Source: an uncultured Candidatus Saccharibacteria bacterium (GTDB lineage Bacteria > Patescibacteriota > Minisyncoccia > Phycocordibacterales > DSPV01). Taken from it: a stretch of 55,880 bases of DNA. Each line of letters begins with the position of its first letter. Position 1 is the first letter of the stretch. The notes under the pieces were generated by a model. That model ran no database searches. It was not told the DNA's origin and saw only the letters and a list, made by a program, of their open reading frames with translations. Positions 32,616 to 42,352 of this stretch are shown one piece after another. The DNA lies in NCBI GenBank assembly GCA_964616075.1, contig CAZTRA010000002.1:40473-96352 (forward strand), given 5' to 3'. The position numbers were made by a program, and so were the translations under genes.

Positions 32616-34613
32616 ATGGATGGTAAGAATGATTCACAATCAAACGAGTCGGCCCCCGATGTTTCTTTGTCAGATGAACCAAAAAAGACATTTCCAAGTG
32701 GTCGTATTGCTGAAGTTGAACGCTCACTTCAGTCACGTGAAGGTCCACAGTTTACAGAAGAGCACACCCCCCTTCCGCGGCGCGTTGTGACGATCGCAGA
32801 AGGGTGGCAACATGAACAGGAGGATACGTCCATTCCCTTTATTAAACAGTCGGTTTCTAAGCATCTGCTTATGAAGACGTTTCTTATTGCGTCACTTATT
32901 TTTTTCTTTGTTGCAACAGGGTTCTCCGCAGCGGTTTTTTATCGGCAGGCAAATGTTGTGTCGACTGAGAATTTACATATGATCATTGGTGCTCCGCTTG
33001 CAGTAGCTGGAGGTGAAGAGGTTTCGCTTGAGGTGACTATTGAAAATGGCAATACGGACGATATTGAGTCTGCAAACCTGCTTATGACGTTTCCTGATGG
33101 GACACGCACGATTGAAGATTTGTCTGCTGATATACCACGGTTACGAGAAACGATCGGAGATATTCCTGCAGGGGAACGTGTTTCAAAAACAGTAAAACTT
33201 GCATTTTTTGGCACCGAGAAAGAGGTAAAAAAAATTACGGTTGAGTTGAATTATCGCCTGAAGGGCAGCAATGCGGTTTTTTCGAAGAAAAAAGAGGTTT
33301 CACTTGAGCTTGCAACATCACCTATTTCTTTTTCGGTGAATGTGCTCAAACAATTGAGTGCAAATCAGTTGTTTGAGTTGATCGCAACAGTGGCCTCGAA
33401 CGCTAAATCGACTGTGAACGGAGTGTTGCTTGAGGTGCAATATCCCTTTGGATTTACATTTGTTTCTGCTGATCCTCCGACTGCAAACAGTACCAATGAT
33501 TTGTGGCAGTTAGGTGATATTGCTCCGGGTGAACGTCGAACGGTCCGTATTAAAGGACGTCTCACCGGTCAAAATGACGATGCGAGAGCTTTCCGTTTTG
33601 TTGCGGGAGACAGTGACCGTTTTGATCAAAAGAAGATGGAAACCATTTTTGTGACTCATACAGAAGAGCTTGCAATTCAAAAACCTTTTATCGGCCTCGA
33701 TCTACAATTCGATGGCTCGACCGCCGGTCAGGAGTATGCCTTTCCTGGAGGACGGGCTATTAAAGGTTTTGTAAAATGGAAACATAATCTTGCTACACGA
33801 ATTGCGGATGTGGTTATTGAGGTAAAGGTAAAAGGAGGGATGCTTGATCGACCAACAATACAGGCGTCAAACGGTTTCTATCGTTCAATCGATGATACGA
33901 TCGTCTTTGATAGAGCGACGGATGATGCCTTCGCGCTTTTAAATCCTGGTGACGAAGGAACCTCCGCATTTTCGTTTTCATTTGTGCCACCCACAAAGGC
34001 TGCTGATTTGTTTTTACAAAATCAAGAACTTACCTTTGAGGTAAGTGTCCGTGGTCGCCGTATGTCTGGAGAAACAGCGATTGAATCGCTTCAAAATAGT
34101 CTTACTAAGCGTGTTAAAGTTTCTTCAGATATTAATCTTTCATCACGAGCTTCTTATAGTGGCGGGTTTATTACTAACTGGGGGCCGATCCCGCCTCGTG
34201 CTGAGCAACCGACGCGATATACTGCAACATGGTCTATTACGAACACATTCAACGTAGTCGATGATGTGCAGGTTATTTCTCCAACTTTACCAACATATGT
34301 ACGTTGGACGGGGGTAACTTATCCACCATCTGAAGATATTAAACTCTTGGACAATGGTTCTATTGTATGGAACGTTGGCGAAGTGAGGCCATATACTGGG
34401 TACGTAACCCCTGCGCGGGAAGTACATTTTCAGGTTGAAATTTTGCCAAGCATTACACAAGTGGGTGCGGTCCCTATGCTTGTGCAACCTGCGGAGTTGA
34501 ATGGAACAGATTTATTTACTAATGTACGTTTGTATGCGACAGGAAACGGTATGTCGACGTTGATTTCAACAGATCCTATTTATAACAAGGGGGACGAATT
34601 TGTGACACAATAA
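32616..34613 (+). CDS. Large single-pass membrane protein with repeated beta-sandwich (CARDB/DUF11-like) modules.
   Basis: One TM helix (LIASLIFFFVATGFSAAVFY). Motifs recur in the pattern GDIPAGERVSKTVKL, GDIAPGERRTVRIKG, LNPGDEGTSAFSF. I prefer ATG 32616 over GTG 32607, because TGTTAGAAT at 32596..32604 would put the transcript start after 32607. Confidence 0.7.
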   Translation: MDGKNDSQSNESAPDVSLSDEPKKTFPSGRIAEVERSLQSREGPQFTEEHTPLPRRVVTIAEGWQHEQEDTSIPFIKQSVSKHLLMKTFLIASLIFFFVATGFSAAVFYRQANVVSTENLHMIIGAPLAVAGGEEVSLEVTIENGNTDDIESANLLMTFPDGTRTIEDLSADIPRLRETIGDIPAGERVSKTVKLAFFGTEKEVKKITVELNYRLKGSNAVFSKKKEVSLELATSPISFSVNVLKQLSANQLFELIATVASNAKSTVNGVLLEVQYPFGFTFVSADPPTANSTNDLWQLGDIAPGERRTVRIKGRLTGQNDDARAFRFVAGDSDRFDQKKMETIFVTHTEELAIQKPFIGLDLQFDGSTAGQEYAFPGGRAIKGFVKWKHNLATRIADVVIEVKVKGGMLDRPTIQASNGFYRSIDDTIVFDRATDDAFALLNPGDEGTSAFSFSFVPPTKAADLFLQNQELTFEVSVRGRRMSGETAIESLQNSLTKRVKVSSDINLSSRASYSGGFITNWGPIPPRAEQPTRYTATWSITNTFNVVDDVQVISPTLPTYVRWTGVTYPPSEDIKLLDNGSIVWNVGEVRPYTGYVTPAREVHFQVEILPSITQVGAVPMLVQPAELNGTDLFTNVRLYATGNGMSTLISTDPIYNKGDEFVTQ

Positions 34614-35887
34614 TGTTTATGATGCAACAAAAGATACTTTCTAATGGTATACGTGTTCTTTTTGTACCCATGCCGGAAAGCATGGCAGCAACAGTGCTCG
34701 TCTTGGTAGCAACGGGTTCAAAATATGAGACTGCGGAATTGTCTGGCATTTCTCATTTTCTCGAGCACTTATGTTTTAAAGGGACAACGCGCCGTCCACG
34801 AGCCATTGATATTTCTCGAGAACTTGATGCGCTTGGCGCGCAATATAACGCGTTTACGTCTCATGAATATACTGGTTATTATGCCAAGGTTGATTGGCGG
34901 CATTTTCACACAGCACTTGATGTTGTGTCTGATATTTACACCGCGTCGACCTTTCCTGATGGCGAGATACAAAAAGAGAAAGGGGTGATCGTCGAGGAGA
35001 TTCGTATGTACCGTGATTTGCCACAATATCGAGTGCACGATGTCTATCGGAAATTATTATATGGTAACCAACCTGCGGGGTGGGATATTGCAGGTACTGA
35101 ACAGACAGTTATGTCTTTTACGCGAGATGATTTTGTGCGATATCATCAGGGGCATTATGTTACTGAATCAACAGTGTTGGTGGTTGCTGGGCGATTTGAT
35201 GAGCGGGCCGTGTGGGATGACGCAGAACGGTTATTCGGTTCATTGCCACAGACAGGGGCGTTACCTAAACAAGCAGTGGTGATTAATAGTGGTGGTGCCC
35301 GGGTTGCTGTTGAAGAAAAGGGGAGTGATCAGGCGCATCTGGTACTTGGTGTGCGGACGTTTGATACGTATGATACGAGAAATCCCACACTTCGTGTGAT
35401 TGCGTCGCTCCTTGGTGGCGGAATGAGTTCTCGTTTGTTTGAAAAACTTCGTAATGAACTTGGTATTTGTTATTACGTATCAGTTGATGCCGATAGTTAC
35501 ACAGATCATGGTTCTTTAGATGTTGCTGCTGGTGTTGATACAACTCGGATTGGAATAGCAGTTGGAGCAATTATTGATCAGTTATTTTTACTCACAACGG
35601 AAACAGTCTCACCTGACGAGTTGCAAAAATCGAAAGATTATTTGGTCGGGTCTCTTGCGTTGTCACTTGAAACATCGAGTGATTTGGCGAGTTATGTTGG
35701 TGGACAAGCAGTATTAAAAAAACCAATCCAAACAGCGCTTGATGTTGCTGAGCGTATTGGTGCGGTAAGCGCTGACGATGTGCAGCGTCTTGCGCGTGAA
35801 ATTTTTGTGAAGGGTCAGATATATGCAGCGCTCGTTGGCCCGGGTATGACAGCGGAACAGCTGGCTTCTTTGTTGGATTCAAAATAG
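34613..35887 (+). CDS. M16-family (pitrilysin/insulinase-like) zinc peptidase.
   Basis: HxxEH motif in GISHFLEHLCFKGT, with a downstream E in the M16 arrangement. The start overlaps the upstream stop (TAATG). Confidence 0.85.
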   Translation: MFMMQQKILSNGIRVLFVPMPESMAATVLVLVATGSKYETAELSGISHFLEHLCFKGTTRRPRAIDISRELDALGAQYNAFTSHEYTGYYAKVDWRHFHTALDVVSDIYTASTFPDGEIQKEKGVIVEEIRMYRDLPQYRVHDVYRKLLYGNQPAGWDIAGTEQTVMSFTRDDFVRYHQGHYVTESTVLVVAGRFDERAVWDDAERLFGSLPQTGALPKQAVVINSGGARVAVEEKGSDQAHLVLGVRTFDTYDTRNPTLRVIASLLGGGMSSRLFEKLRNELGICYYVSVDADSYTDHGSLDVAAGVDTTRIGIAVGAIIDQLFLLTTETVSPDELQKSKDYLVGSLALSLETSSDLASYVGGQAVLKKPIQTALDVAERIGAVSADDVQRLAREIFVKGQIYAALVGPGMTAEQLASLLDSK

Positions 35888-35952
35888 AAGCTGTGATTGT
35901 TTTAATAAGGGATACCTTTTGAAGCCGTACAGCAGGATGGTATGATGGAATC

Positions 35953-37053
35953 ATGCAAAAAGGAGTGCTACATATTTCCATTTCTGCTGGCTCAATTTCC
36001 CGCATTATTTTTCTTTGTACACTGTTTTACTTGTTATATGTATTGCGAGATTTAGTATTAGTGGTGATTACCGCAGTGGTTCTTGCTTCGGCTGTAGAAC
36101 CTGGTGTGTTGTTTGGGAAGCGATATAAGGTGAATCGATTAATGTCGGTGATTGTTATGTATGCTATGGCGGCTGTGTTACTAGTTTCGGTATTTTATTT
36201 TTTTGTACCGGTACTGTTAAACGATGTCAACACACTTTTATCATCGCTACCACAATATGTCGATAGTATCTCGGTGTGGAATCCCTTTTCTGATTCTGCA
36301 ACAGTTGGACTTGGAAAGGCTAAAGAATTCGCTGAAGGTATTGGCTTACAAACTCCGATGGCCGCTACGTCTGGGGAGACAGGGATGTTAGTGACAATGG
36401 CGAAGATTTCTCGGGCAATCTCAGAAGGAGGCACTATCCAGGCAATAAGTTATTTTTTTGGTGGGTTTCTTTCACTTGCACTTATTATTGTGTTGTCTTT
36501 TTATTTGGCAGTGCAGGAAAATGGTATTGAGAAGTTTTTGAGGATCGTTATTCCTCGTCGATATGAAGCCTATGTTATTGGTTTGTGGCAACACTCACAA
36601 GAAAAAATCGCACTGTGGGCACAGGGACAGTTTGTGTTGGCGCTTGTAGTAGGCGTTTTGGTGTATATGGGACTATCGCTTTTGGGTGTGCGTAATGCAC
36701 TATTGTTTTCGCTCATTGCCGCACTTTTTGAGCTTATACCACTTTTTGGTCCACTCCTCGCGGCTATTCCGGCGGTTGTTGTTGCGGTCATTGATAATGG
36801 GCTATCTGGAGGTGTTGCGGTTATGGTCTGGTATATCATTATTCAGCAGTTTGAAAATCATTTGATTTATCCGCTTGTGGTACAGAAAATTGTTGGGGTA
36901 TCTCCCATTATTGTGATTATTGCTTTGGTTGCCGGATTGCAGTTGGCTGGATTTCTCGGAGTATTACTCTCTGTACCTATTGCTACGGTATTGGTTGAAG
37001 TGCTTAATGACGTTGAACGCCGAAAAGCCAGCAAAACCGATGATGAGTCATGA
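35953..37053 (+). CDS. AI-2E family transporter (PerM/UPF0118).
   Basis: Seven to eight TM helices and the characteristic ELIPLFGPLLAAIP...QQFENHLIYPLVV motif. Confidence 0.85.
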   Translation: MQKGVLHISISAGSISRIIFLCTLFYLLYVLRDLVLVVITAVVLASAVEPGVLFGKRYKVNRLMSVIVMYAMAAVLLVSVFYFFVPVLLNDVNTLLSSLPQYVDSISVWNPFSDSATVGLGKAKEFAEGIGLQTPMAATSGETGMLVTMAKISRAISEGGTIQAISYFFGGFLSLALIIVLSFYLAVQENGIEKFLRIVIPRRYEAYVIGLWQHSQEKIALWAQGQFVLALVVGVLVYMGLSLLGVRNALLFSLIAALFELIPLFGPLLAAIPAVVVAVIDNGLSGGVAVMVWYIIIQQFENHLIYPLVVQKIVGVSPIIVIIALVAGLQLAGFLGVLLSVPIATVLVEVLNDVERRKASKTDDES

Positions 37054-38495
37054 GTAATCAAAAACCGTTTTATATCACGACGACACTCCCGTATGTGAAC
37101 GCTGATCCCCATATCGGTTTTGCTATGGAAATCATTCGGGCTGACAGCGTGGCCCGTTACCATAAGGGGAGGGGAGAAGAAGTGTTCTTTAATACGGGAA
37201 CTGACGAGCATGGACTTAAGGTGTATCGCAAGGCGCAAGAGGCGGGTCTGTCTCCCGAAGTTTATGTACAGCCGTACGCTGAAAAATTTAAATCGTTGCG
37301 GGAACCTTTGGGGCTCTTACCGGAATTACACTTTATTCGGACGACTGACGCACACCATGTCTACGCAGCACAGGAGTTTTGGAAAATTTGTTATCGCAAC
37401 GGCTATATCTACAAAAAGACGTACCGGGTAAAGTACTGTGTCGGGTGCGAACTTGAAAAAACTGATTCAGAACTGGTTAATGGGCGCTGTTCAATTCATT
37501 CGACGACTGAGCTTGAGCTCATTGATGAAGAAAATTATTTTTTCAAATTTTCTGCTTTCGGTGACAAGTTACTTGATTTGTACGCAGAGCGTCCTGATTT
37601 GGTGATTCCGTCGATGCGCCAGAATGAGATTCGCGCATTCGTATCGCGCGGTCTGGAAGATTTCAGTATCTCGCGCTTGAAGGAAAAAATGCCGTGGGGT
37701 GTTCCAGTGCCGGGAGATGAAGCACATGTAATGTACGTATGGTTTGATGCGCTCGTAAACTATATTTCAGCGATCGGGTGGCCTTCGAACCTCGACACTT
37801 TTCATCGGTTTTGGGTAGAGGCGGGTGGGGTGGTGCAGTATTGTGGTAAAGACAATCTCCGTCAGCAGGCGGCGATGTGGCAGGCGATGCTCATGTCGGT
37901 GTCGCTCCCACCAAGCAAACACATTATTATCAATGGGTTTGTCCTTTCCGGTGGCCAAAAAATGTCAAAATCAATTGGCAATGTGATCGACCCGTTTGCG
38001 GTCGTGCGTGAGTATGGTACGGATGCGTTGCGTTATCTGGTGCTGCGAGAACTCTCCTCATTTGAAGATGGAGATGTAACCATGGAGAAAGTAAAAGAGG
38101 TGTATAACGGTGGTTTAGCAAACGGCATTGGAAATTTAGTGTCACGTGTCCTCAAGATGGCAACAACAAACGGTGTGGTGTTAGGTGTAGAGGAGGTTGT
38201 GTCGACAGACGATGCCCCCTACCATGAAGCATTTGCTGCGTATGATATAAAGCGCGCAGCTGATTATGTGTGGCAATATGTACAAAATGTCGATGTTTTC
38301 ATACAAGAGACGCAGCCGTTTAAAGTAGTGAAGGGAGATCCGGTGCATGGTAAAAAGTTGATACACGATTTGCTCGTACGCGTTGCGCACCTAGCAGTGT
38401 TACTGGTTCCTTTGTTGCCGCAGACCGCCGAGACGATACAGCAGCATGTTCGCGGTGGCACGATGCCCCCGGCGCTCTTTCCGAGAAAAGAATAA
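37050..38495 (+). CDS. metG: Methionine--tRNA ligase (short form, no C-terminal tRNA-binding domain).
   Basis: LPYVNADPHIGFAME (HIGH-type), a CxxC...C knuckle and KMSKSIGN. There is an ATGA overlap with the upstream gene. Confidence 0.9.
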   Translation: MSNQKPFYITTTLPYVNADPHIGFAMEIIRADSVARYHKGRGEEVFFNTGTDEHGLKVYRKAQEAGLSPEVYVQPYAEKFKSLREPLGLLPELHFIRTTDAHHVYAAQEFWKICYRNGYIYKKTYRVKYCVGCELEKTDSELVNGRCSIHSTTELELIDEENYFFKFSAFGDKLLDLYAERPDLVIPSMRQNEIRAFVSRGLEDFSISRLKEKMPWGVPVPGDEAHVMYVWFDALVNYISAIGWPSNLDTFHRFWVEAGGVVQYCGKDNLRQQAAMWQAMLMSVSLPPSKHIIINGFVLSGGQKMSKSIGNVIDPFAVVREYGTDALRYLVLRELSSFEDGDVTMEKVKEVYNGGLANGIGNLVSRVLKMATTNGVVLGVEEVVSTDDAPYHEAFAAYDIKRAADYVWQYVQNVDVFIQETQPFKVVKGDPVHGKKLIHDLLVRVAHLAVLLVPLLPQTAETIQQHVRGGTMPPALFPRKE

Positions 38496-38535
38496 ACATC
38501 TTCTGCCCGAGGCCTCTTTTTTGGAACGACATTAC

Positions 38536-38564
38536 TTGACTAAATACCATAATATGTGGTAATT
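38536..38564 (+). promoter_or_regulatory. Putative promoter for the 38688 gene.
   Basis: TTGACT (38536..38541), then a 17-nt spacer containing TG at 38555..38556, then GTAATT (38559..38564). The -10 is weaker than in the 4049 copy. Confidence 0.4.
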
Positions 38565-38601
38565 TATTATTAGACAGTGCGTTGAAAGATAAGAACATTT
38601 G

Positions 38602-38641
38602 CCACAACAGAAAGTGGTCATACGGTTGTTTTCTGTTGTGG
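38602..38641 (+). promoter_or_regulatory. 5'UTR stem-loop with a 12-bp perfect stem.
   Basis: CCACAACAGAAA (38602..38613) pairs with TTTCTGTTGTGG (38630..38641). It is followed by an A-rich tract and AAAGGA/TAAGGA motifs. Confidence 0.7.
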
Positions 38642-38687
38642 TGAATGGTAGTAACCACATATCAACAAAAAAGAATATCAAGAAAGG

Positions 38688-39188
38688 ATGATAAGGATGA
38701 AACCATCAATTACACCAATAATCACCAAGAGAATCTCTACGTCAGAGATTCTCTCCCTTGACCCCTCGGACGGCACAGAGACTCTCGCCAATGCCTCAGA
38801 CGTCTTCACGATCTGGCTCGACCCCAATTTTAAGAATTATGGGACCAACGTTCCCTCTCCTGCAACTGAGCAGATTGAAGTTGCGGTCTACGAGATTGTT
38901 AAGAATGGTAACCTCGAGACAATTTTCGGCAGTTTCGGTGATGATCTAGCCAGGCTCTGCTTGCCGCAAGACAAAATCATCCAGTTCGTGAAGAAATACA
39001 GGGAGTGGCTTCAAAAAGATGGCTCTGCCACCTTATTCCTTTTCCAGGTTGGTCACAACAAATTCTTCGTTGCGAGCATCGGTATGAACACCAAGACTGC
39101 GTTGGGAGCTAGTGTGGCCCACTTTTCGTACGACAACGTTTGGGATGCCCAGTTCTCCCCTCGTGTGGTGGTTCCGCACGCAAATTAG
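38688..39188 (+). CDS. Hypothetical protein, orphan-family member (paralog of 4049..4687).
   Basis: See the 4049 entry for the alignment blocks. Either ATG 38688 or ATG 38697 could be the start. The latter has AAAGGA 8 nt upstream. Confidence 0.75.
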   Translation: MIRMKPSITPIITKRISTSEILSLDPSDGTETLANASDVFTIWLDPNFKNYGTNVPSPATEQIEVAVYEIVKNGNLETIFGSFGDDLARLCLPQDKIIQFVKKYREWLQKDGSATLFLFQVGHNKFFVASIGMNTKTALGASVAHFSYDNVWDAQFSPRVVVPHAN

Positions 39189-39210
39189 TATTGAGCCTTT
39201 GGCTCCTCAT

Positions 39211-39257
39211 CCCTCTGACCCTTGTCAAAATAGTTTGGCAGGTCGGGGGGATTTTTT
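39211..39257 (+). terminator. Rho-independent terminator.
   Basis: CCCTCTGACC pairs with GGTCGGGGGG (two G-U pairs), followed by ATTTTTT. Confidence 0.7.
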
Positions 39258-39455
39258 ATATGCTAATAAGGCAAGTTTTGAAACGTTTTGGCTACGGCTT
39301 CGGTGTCTTGTTTGTGAGAAAATACGCTTGAGAATTTTAGCGGATACGTCTTCTAAAAGAGTTTGTGTATACTTCTCTAAAAAATATTTTTAGTTGGTGT
39401 GGTGAACTTGCGTACTTTGATGTCCCACAAAAGATTCATGATATTATTGGCGCCA

Positions 39456-40286
39456 ATGAGTCCAAAATATTTTGATGTGCATACGCATGTGCAATTTCCT
39501 GCCTATGATGTTGACCGGGCGGATGTGTTGCGGCGCGCTATGGATGCGGGTGTCTGGATGGCGAATGTTGGTACGACTATAGAGACTTCAAAAAAAGCGA
39601 TTGAGTTGGCAGAGATAAACGAAGGATTGGTTGCAATTGTTGGTATTCATCCGACACACGCTGAAGAATCACACTATGACGCACAAGAATATGGCGAATC
39701 CGAGCATGAACATGCGCCGAGCGAAGCGTTTGATAAAAAGGAGTTGATTATTTTAGCAAAGCACAAAAAAACAGTGGCGATTGGGGAGTGTGGTTTGGAT
39801 TATTTCCGGATGACAGCCGACACCAAAGATAAGCAAGAGACATTGTTTCGTTCTCATATTGAATTGGCGACGGAGGTAGGGAAGCCTTTAATGCTTCATG
39901 TGCGAAGCGGAAAAGATATAAGTGCCTACGATGATGCCTTGGCGATTTTAAAAGAATACGGCCACCCAAAAGCCAATTTCCACTTTTTTGCTGGTTCACT
40001 TGATGAAGCGAAACGTATATTAGATGCCGGCTACATGATTTCTTTTTCCGGAGTCATCACCTTTGCACGATCGTATGATGCAGTTATAAAAAATGTACCT
40101 CTTGATCGAATAATGATCGAAACAGATGCGCCGTATGTATCACCGGTGCCGTATCGAGGAAAGAGAAACGAACCCCTTTTTATAAAAGAAGTGTATCAAA
40201 AAGTAGCAGCGATTCTTGGTGAGGAGGCTGATATGGTTCGGCAGACACTTGTAGCTACCAGTAAAGCCTTTTTTGGTCTCAACTAG
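39456..40286 (+). CDS. TatD-family metal-dependent hydrolase (DNase).
   Basis: FDVHTHV, IGECGLDY, LMLHVR and ETDAPY motifs. The start is ATG 39456 (MSPKYFDVH). Confidence 0.85.
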   Translation: MSPKYFDVHTHVQFPAYDVDRADVLRRAMDAGVWMANVGTTIETSKKAIELAEINEGLVAIVGIHPTHAEESHYDAQEYGESEHEHAPSEAFDKKELIILAKHKKTVAIGECGLDYFRMTADTKDKQETLFRSHIELATEVGKPLMLHVRSGKDISAYDDALAILKEYGHPKANFHFFAGSLDEAKRILDAGYMISFSGVITFARSYDAVIKNVPLDRIMIETDAPYVSPVPYRGKRNEPLFIKEVYQKVAAILGEEADMVRQTLVATSKAFFGLN

Positions 40287-40375
40287 CGCTTATATTGCCC
40301 CTCACGGTTTCCTGTGGTATCTTCATGGGACGTTCGTTTTACGCGAACGTTTATCTGTTAATCGTTTCAAATACA

Positions 40376-40864
40376 ATGGAACACGAAGGCAGGGAGTCAC
40401 AGGTATACGAAATCGCATACCAACTTACTCCCTCGGTTTTAGGAGAGGAGGTTACAAAAACCGTCCAGGCCTTGCACGACATCATTAGTAAGAACGGAGG
40501 CGCAGTTATTGCCGAAGAGGCACCAAAGACAATGCGCCTTGCGTATACTATGGTGAAGCATGTCGCTGGAAAGAATTATAAGTACGATATGGCGCAGTTC
40601 GGGTGGATCAAGTTTGAGGGTCCTGCCAGTGCGGCGATAGAAGCAAAGGGCTTACTTGAGAAGCATCAGGAGCTGTTGCGCGTACTGTTGGTTAAGACCG
40701 TCCGTGAGAATACTCTGTATGGCCACCATATTGCCGCCATAAAGGCGGCCACCCATGCTCGGGAGGCTGATACGCAGCGTCGTGAGGCCGCAAAGAAGGA
40801 GGTGACCGGACCTGTATCCGAGGCAGAGGTCGACAAGGCAATTGAAGATTTGGTTGCTGAATAG
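40376..40864 (+). CDS. rpsF: 30S ribosomal protein S6 with an extended charged C-terminus.
   Basis: VYEIAYQLTP...MRLAYTMVKH pattern, in the conserved position before ssb-rpsR. It is 162 aa from ATG 40376. Confidence 0.8.
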   Translation: MEHEGRESQVYEIAYQLTPSVLGEEVTKTVQALHDIISKNGGAVIAEEAPKTMRLAYTMVKHVAGKNYKYDMAQFGWIKFEGPASAAIEAKGLLEKHQELLRVLLVKTVRENTLYGHHIAAIKAATHAREADTQRREAAKKEVTGPVSEAEVDKAIEDLVAE

Positions 40865-40907
40865 GTGTACAATAGGCGTATCATTCATAACGTTTACTGC
40901 CATGTAC

Positions 40908-41354
40908 ATGAACAAAGCACTTTTGATCGGTAATTTGACCCGGGATCCTGAGGTCAAGGCATTGCCATCGGGTATAAAGGTTGCAAGTTTTTCTGTTGCA
41001 ACGAATCGGGTATATAAAGATGCACAAGGTCAGCGTAAGGAGTCGACTGACTATCACAATGTAGTTGTTTTTGGTCGACAGGCTGAGACCGCTGGTCAGT
41101 ATCTTAAAAAAGGGCAGAGCGTTCTTGTTGAGGGACGTATACAAACACGTTCCTGGGATGGACCTGATGGTCAGAAAAAATATAGAACTGAAATTGTTGC
41201 TGATCGTGTACAGTTTGGTCAAAAAGCAGCGGTGTCTAGCGGTAAAACCACAACTGATGCTCTTGAAGAAGATAGTGGGGGTGCTAAGGGAGGTAAAGAT
41301 ACTCCGGTTGATTACCCTACTGAAGAAATTAATCCTGAGGATATTCCATTCTAA
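40908..41354 (+). CDS. ssb: Single-stranded DNA-binding protein.
   Basis: [15 protein letters not shown]...[12 protein letters not shown]...[11 protein letters not shown], with the acidic tail ending in DIPF. Confidence 0.95.
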   Translation: MNKALLIGNLTRDPEVKALPSGIKVASFSVATNRVYKDAQGQRKESTDYHNVVVFGRQAETAGQYLKKGQSVLVEGRIQTRSWDGPDGQKKYRTEIVADRVQFGQKAAVSSGKTTTDALEEDSGGAKGGKDTPVDYPTEEINPEDIPF

Positions 41355-41566
41355 TGACAATTATGACAAAACAGTGTTTTTTTTCACAGAACGGTATTAA
41401 GTATATTGACTATAAGGATATTGAGATTTTGAAACGTTTTTTGAATCCACATGGTCGTATTATACCGAGCCGCCGTTCGGGTGTTTCTGCAAAATATCAG
41501 CGCCAGCTCGCGCTTGCTGTAAAGCGTGCGCGTTTTATGGGACTGCTTCCGTATATTGTGAAGTAA
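41354..41566 (+). CDS. rpsR: 30S ribosomal protein S18.
   Basis: [50 protein letters not shown]. Confidence 0.95.
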   Translation: MTIMTKQCFFSQNGIKYIDYKDIEILKRFLNPHGRIIPSRRSGVSAKYQRQLALAVKRARFMGLLPYIVK

Positions 41567-41575
41567 CACATAAAA

Positions 41576-41606
41576 ACAAAAAATCGCCCTACAATGGCGA
41601 TTTTTT
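41576..41606. terminator. Bidirectional terminator between rpsR (+) and efp (-).
   Basis: An A-run, ATCGCC-loop-GGCGAT, then a T6 run. Confidence 0.85.
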
Positions 41607-41616
41607 GTTTGTTTGG

Positions 41617-42189
41617 CTAACTGTTGACTCGCTCAACGTATTCTCCTGTTTCAGTATTGATGCGAATAATTTCACCCTCTTTGATGAACATGGGTACCTG
41701 TACGGTTGCTCCTGTCTCAAGGGTCACTTCCTTGCTTCCGCCGCGAGCGGTGTCACCTTTTATGGCAGGAAATGCCTCCTTGACTTTCAGGTCAACTTTA
41801 ATAGGAATGTCGACGCCGATAATTGATTCATTGAAGATAAGAGTACGTATAATTGAATTTGGTTTCAAGAATTTGACCTTGGTACCAACCAAATGTTCTT
41901 CTAATTTAAAGCGTTTTGATGGGTCATTTACTTCACAAAACCAATGTTCACCACGGTTACTGTACAGATATTTCGCTTCTTTGGTTTCAATGTCTGCTTC
42001 ATCTACTTTGTCTGATTGGTGGAATGAGTGTTCAACTACTTTGCCAGTGATCAGATTTTGAAGTTTTGTTTGGTTTACTGGTTTTCGTTGTTGCATACGA
42101 AAAATGTGCGCGTCGAGCACTTCATATGGTTGACCATCAAGCTCGATGTACTTTCGGACTAAAACCTCATTATATGCAAGAATTCCCAT
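41617..42189 (-). CDS. efp: Elongation factor P.
   Basis: YIELDGQPYEVLDAHIFRMQQRKPVNQTKLQNLITG and a three-domain length. The start is the in-frame ATG 42189. Confidence 0.9.
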   Translation of the reverse strand: MGILAYNEVLVRKYIELDGQPYEVLDAHIFRMQQRKPVNQTKLQNLITGKVVEHSFHQSDKVDEADIETKEAKYLYSNRGEHWFCEVNDPSKRFKLEEHLVGTKVKFLKPNSIIRTLIFNESIIGVDIPIKVDLKVKEAFPAIKGDTARGGSKEVTLETGATVQVPMFIKEGEIIRINTETGEYVERVNS

Positions 42190-42352
42190 GAAAGTGTAGT
42201 TTATTTCATTAAAACAAAAAGCGCTTTTGTGCGCAGTGCTGCCATTGTATACCACGACAAGGCGTATTGGCAACGGATGATTAGAATCCGTAGTATTGCT
42301 CTATTACCGTTTTGGTAAGTAAGGGAGAGACGAAGATTATCATGTATATTTC

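Noticed and set aside
40371-40378. TACAATG at the starts of rpsF (40376) and rplL (52897), and TACAAT-cac-ATG at rplJ (52363), as either -10 elements or a Kozak-like start context.
   Set aside because: If these were -10 hexamers, the start codons would not be transcribed, yet no alternative in-frame starts exist for rpsF or rplJ. With only a handful of cases I cannot separate a preferred A/T-rich start context from coincidence.
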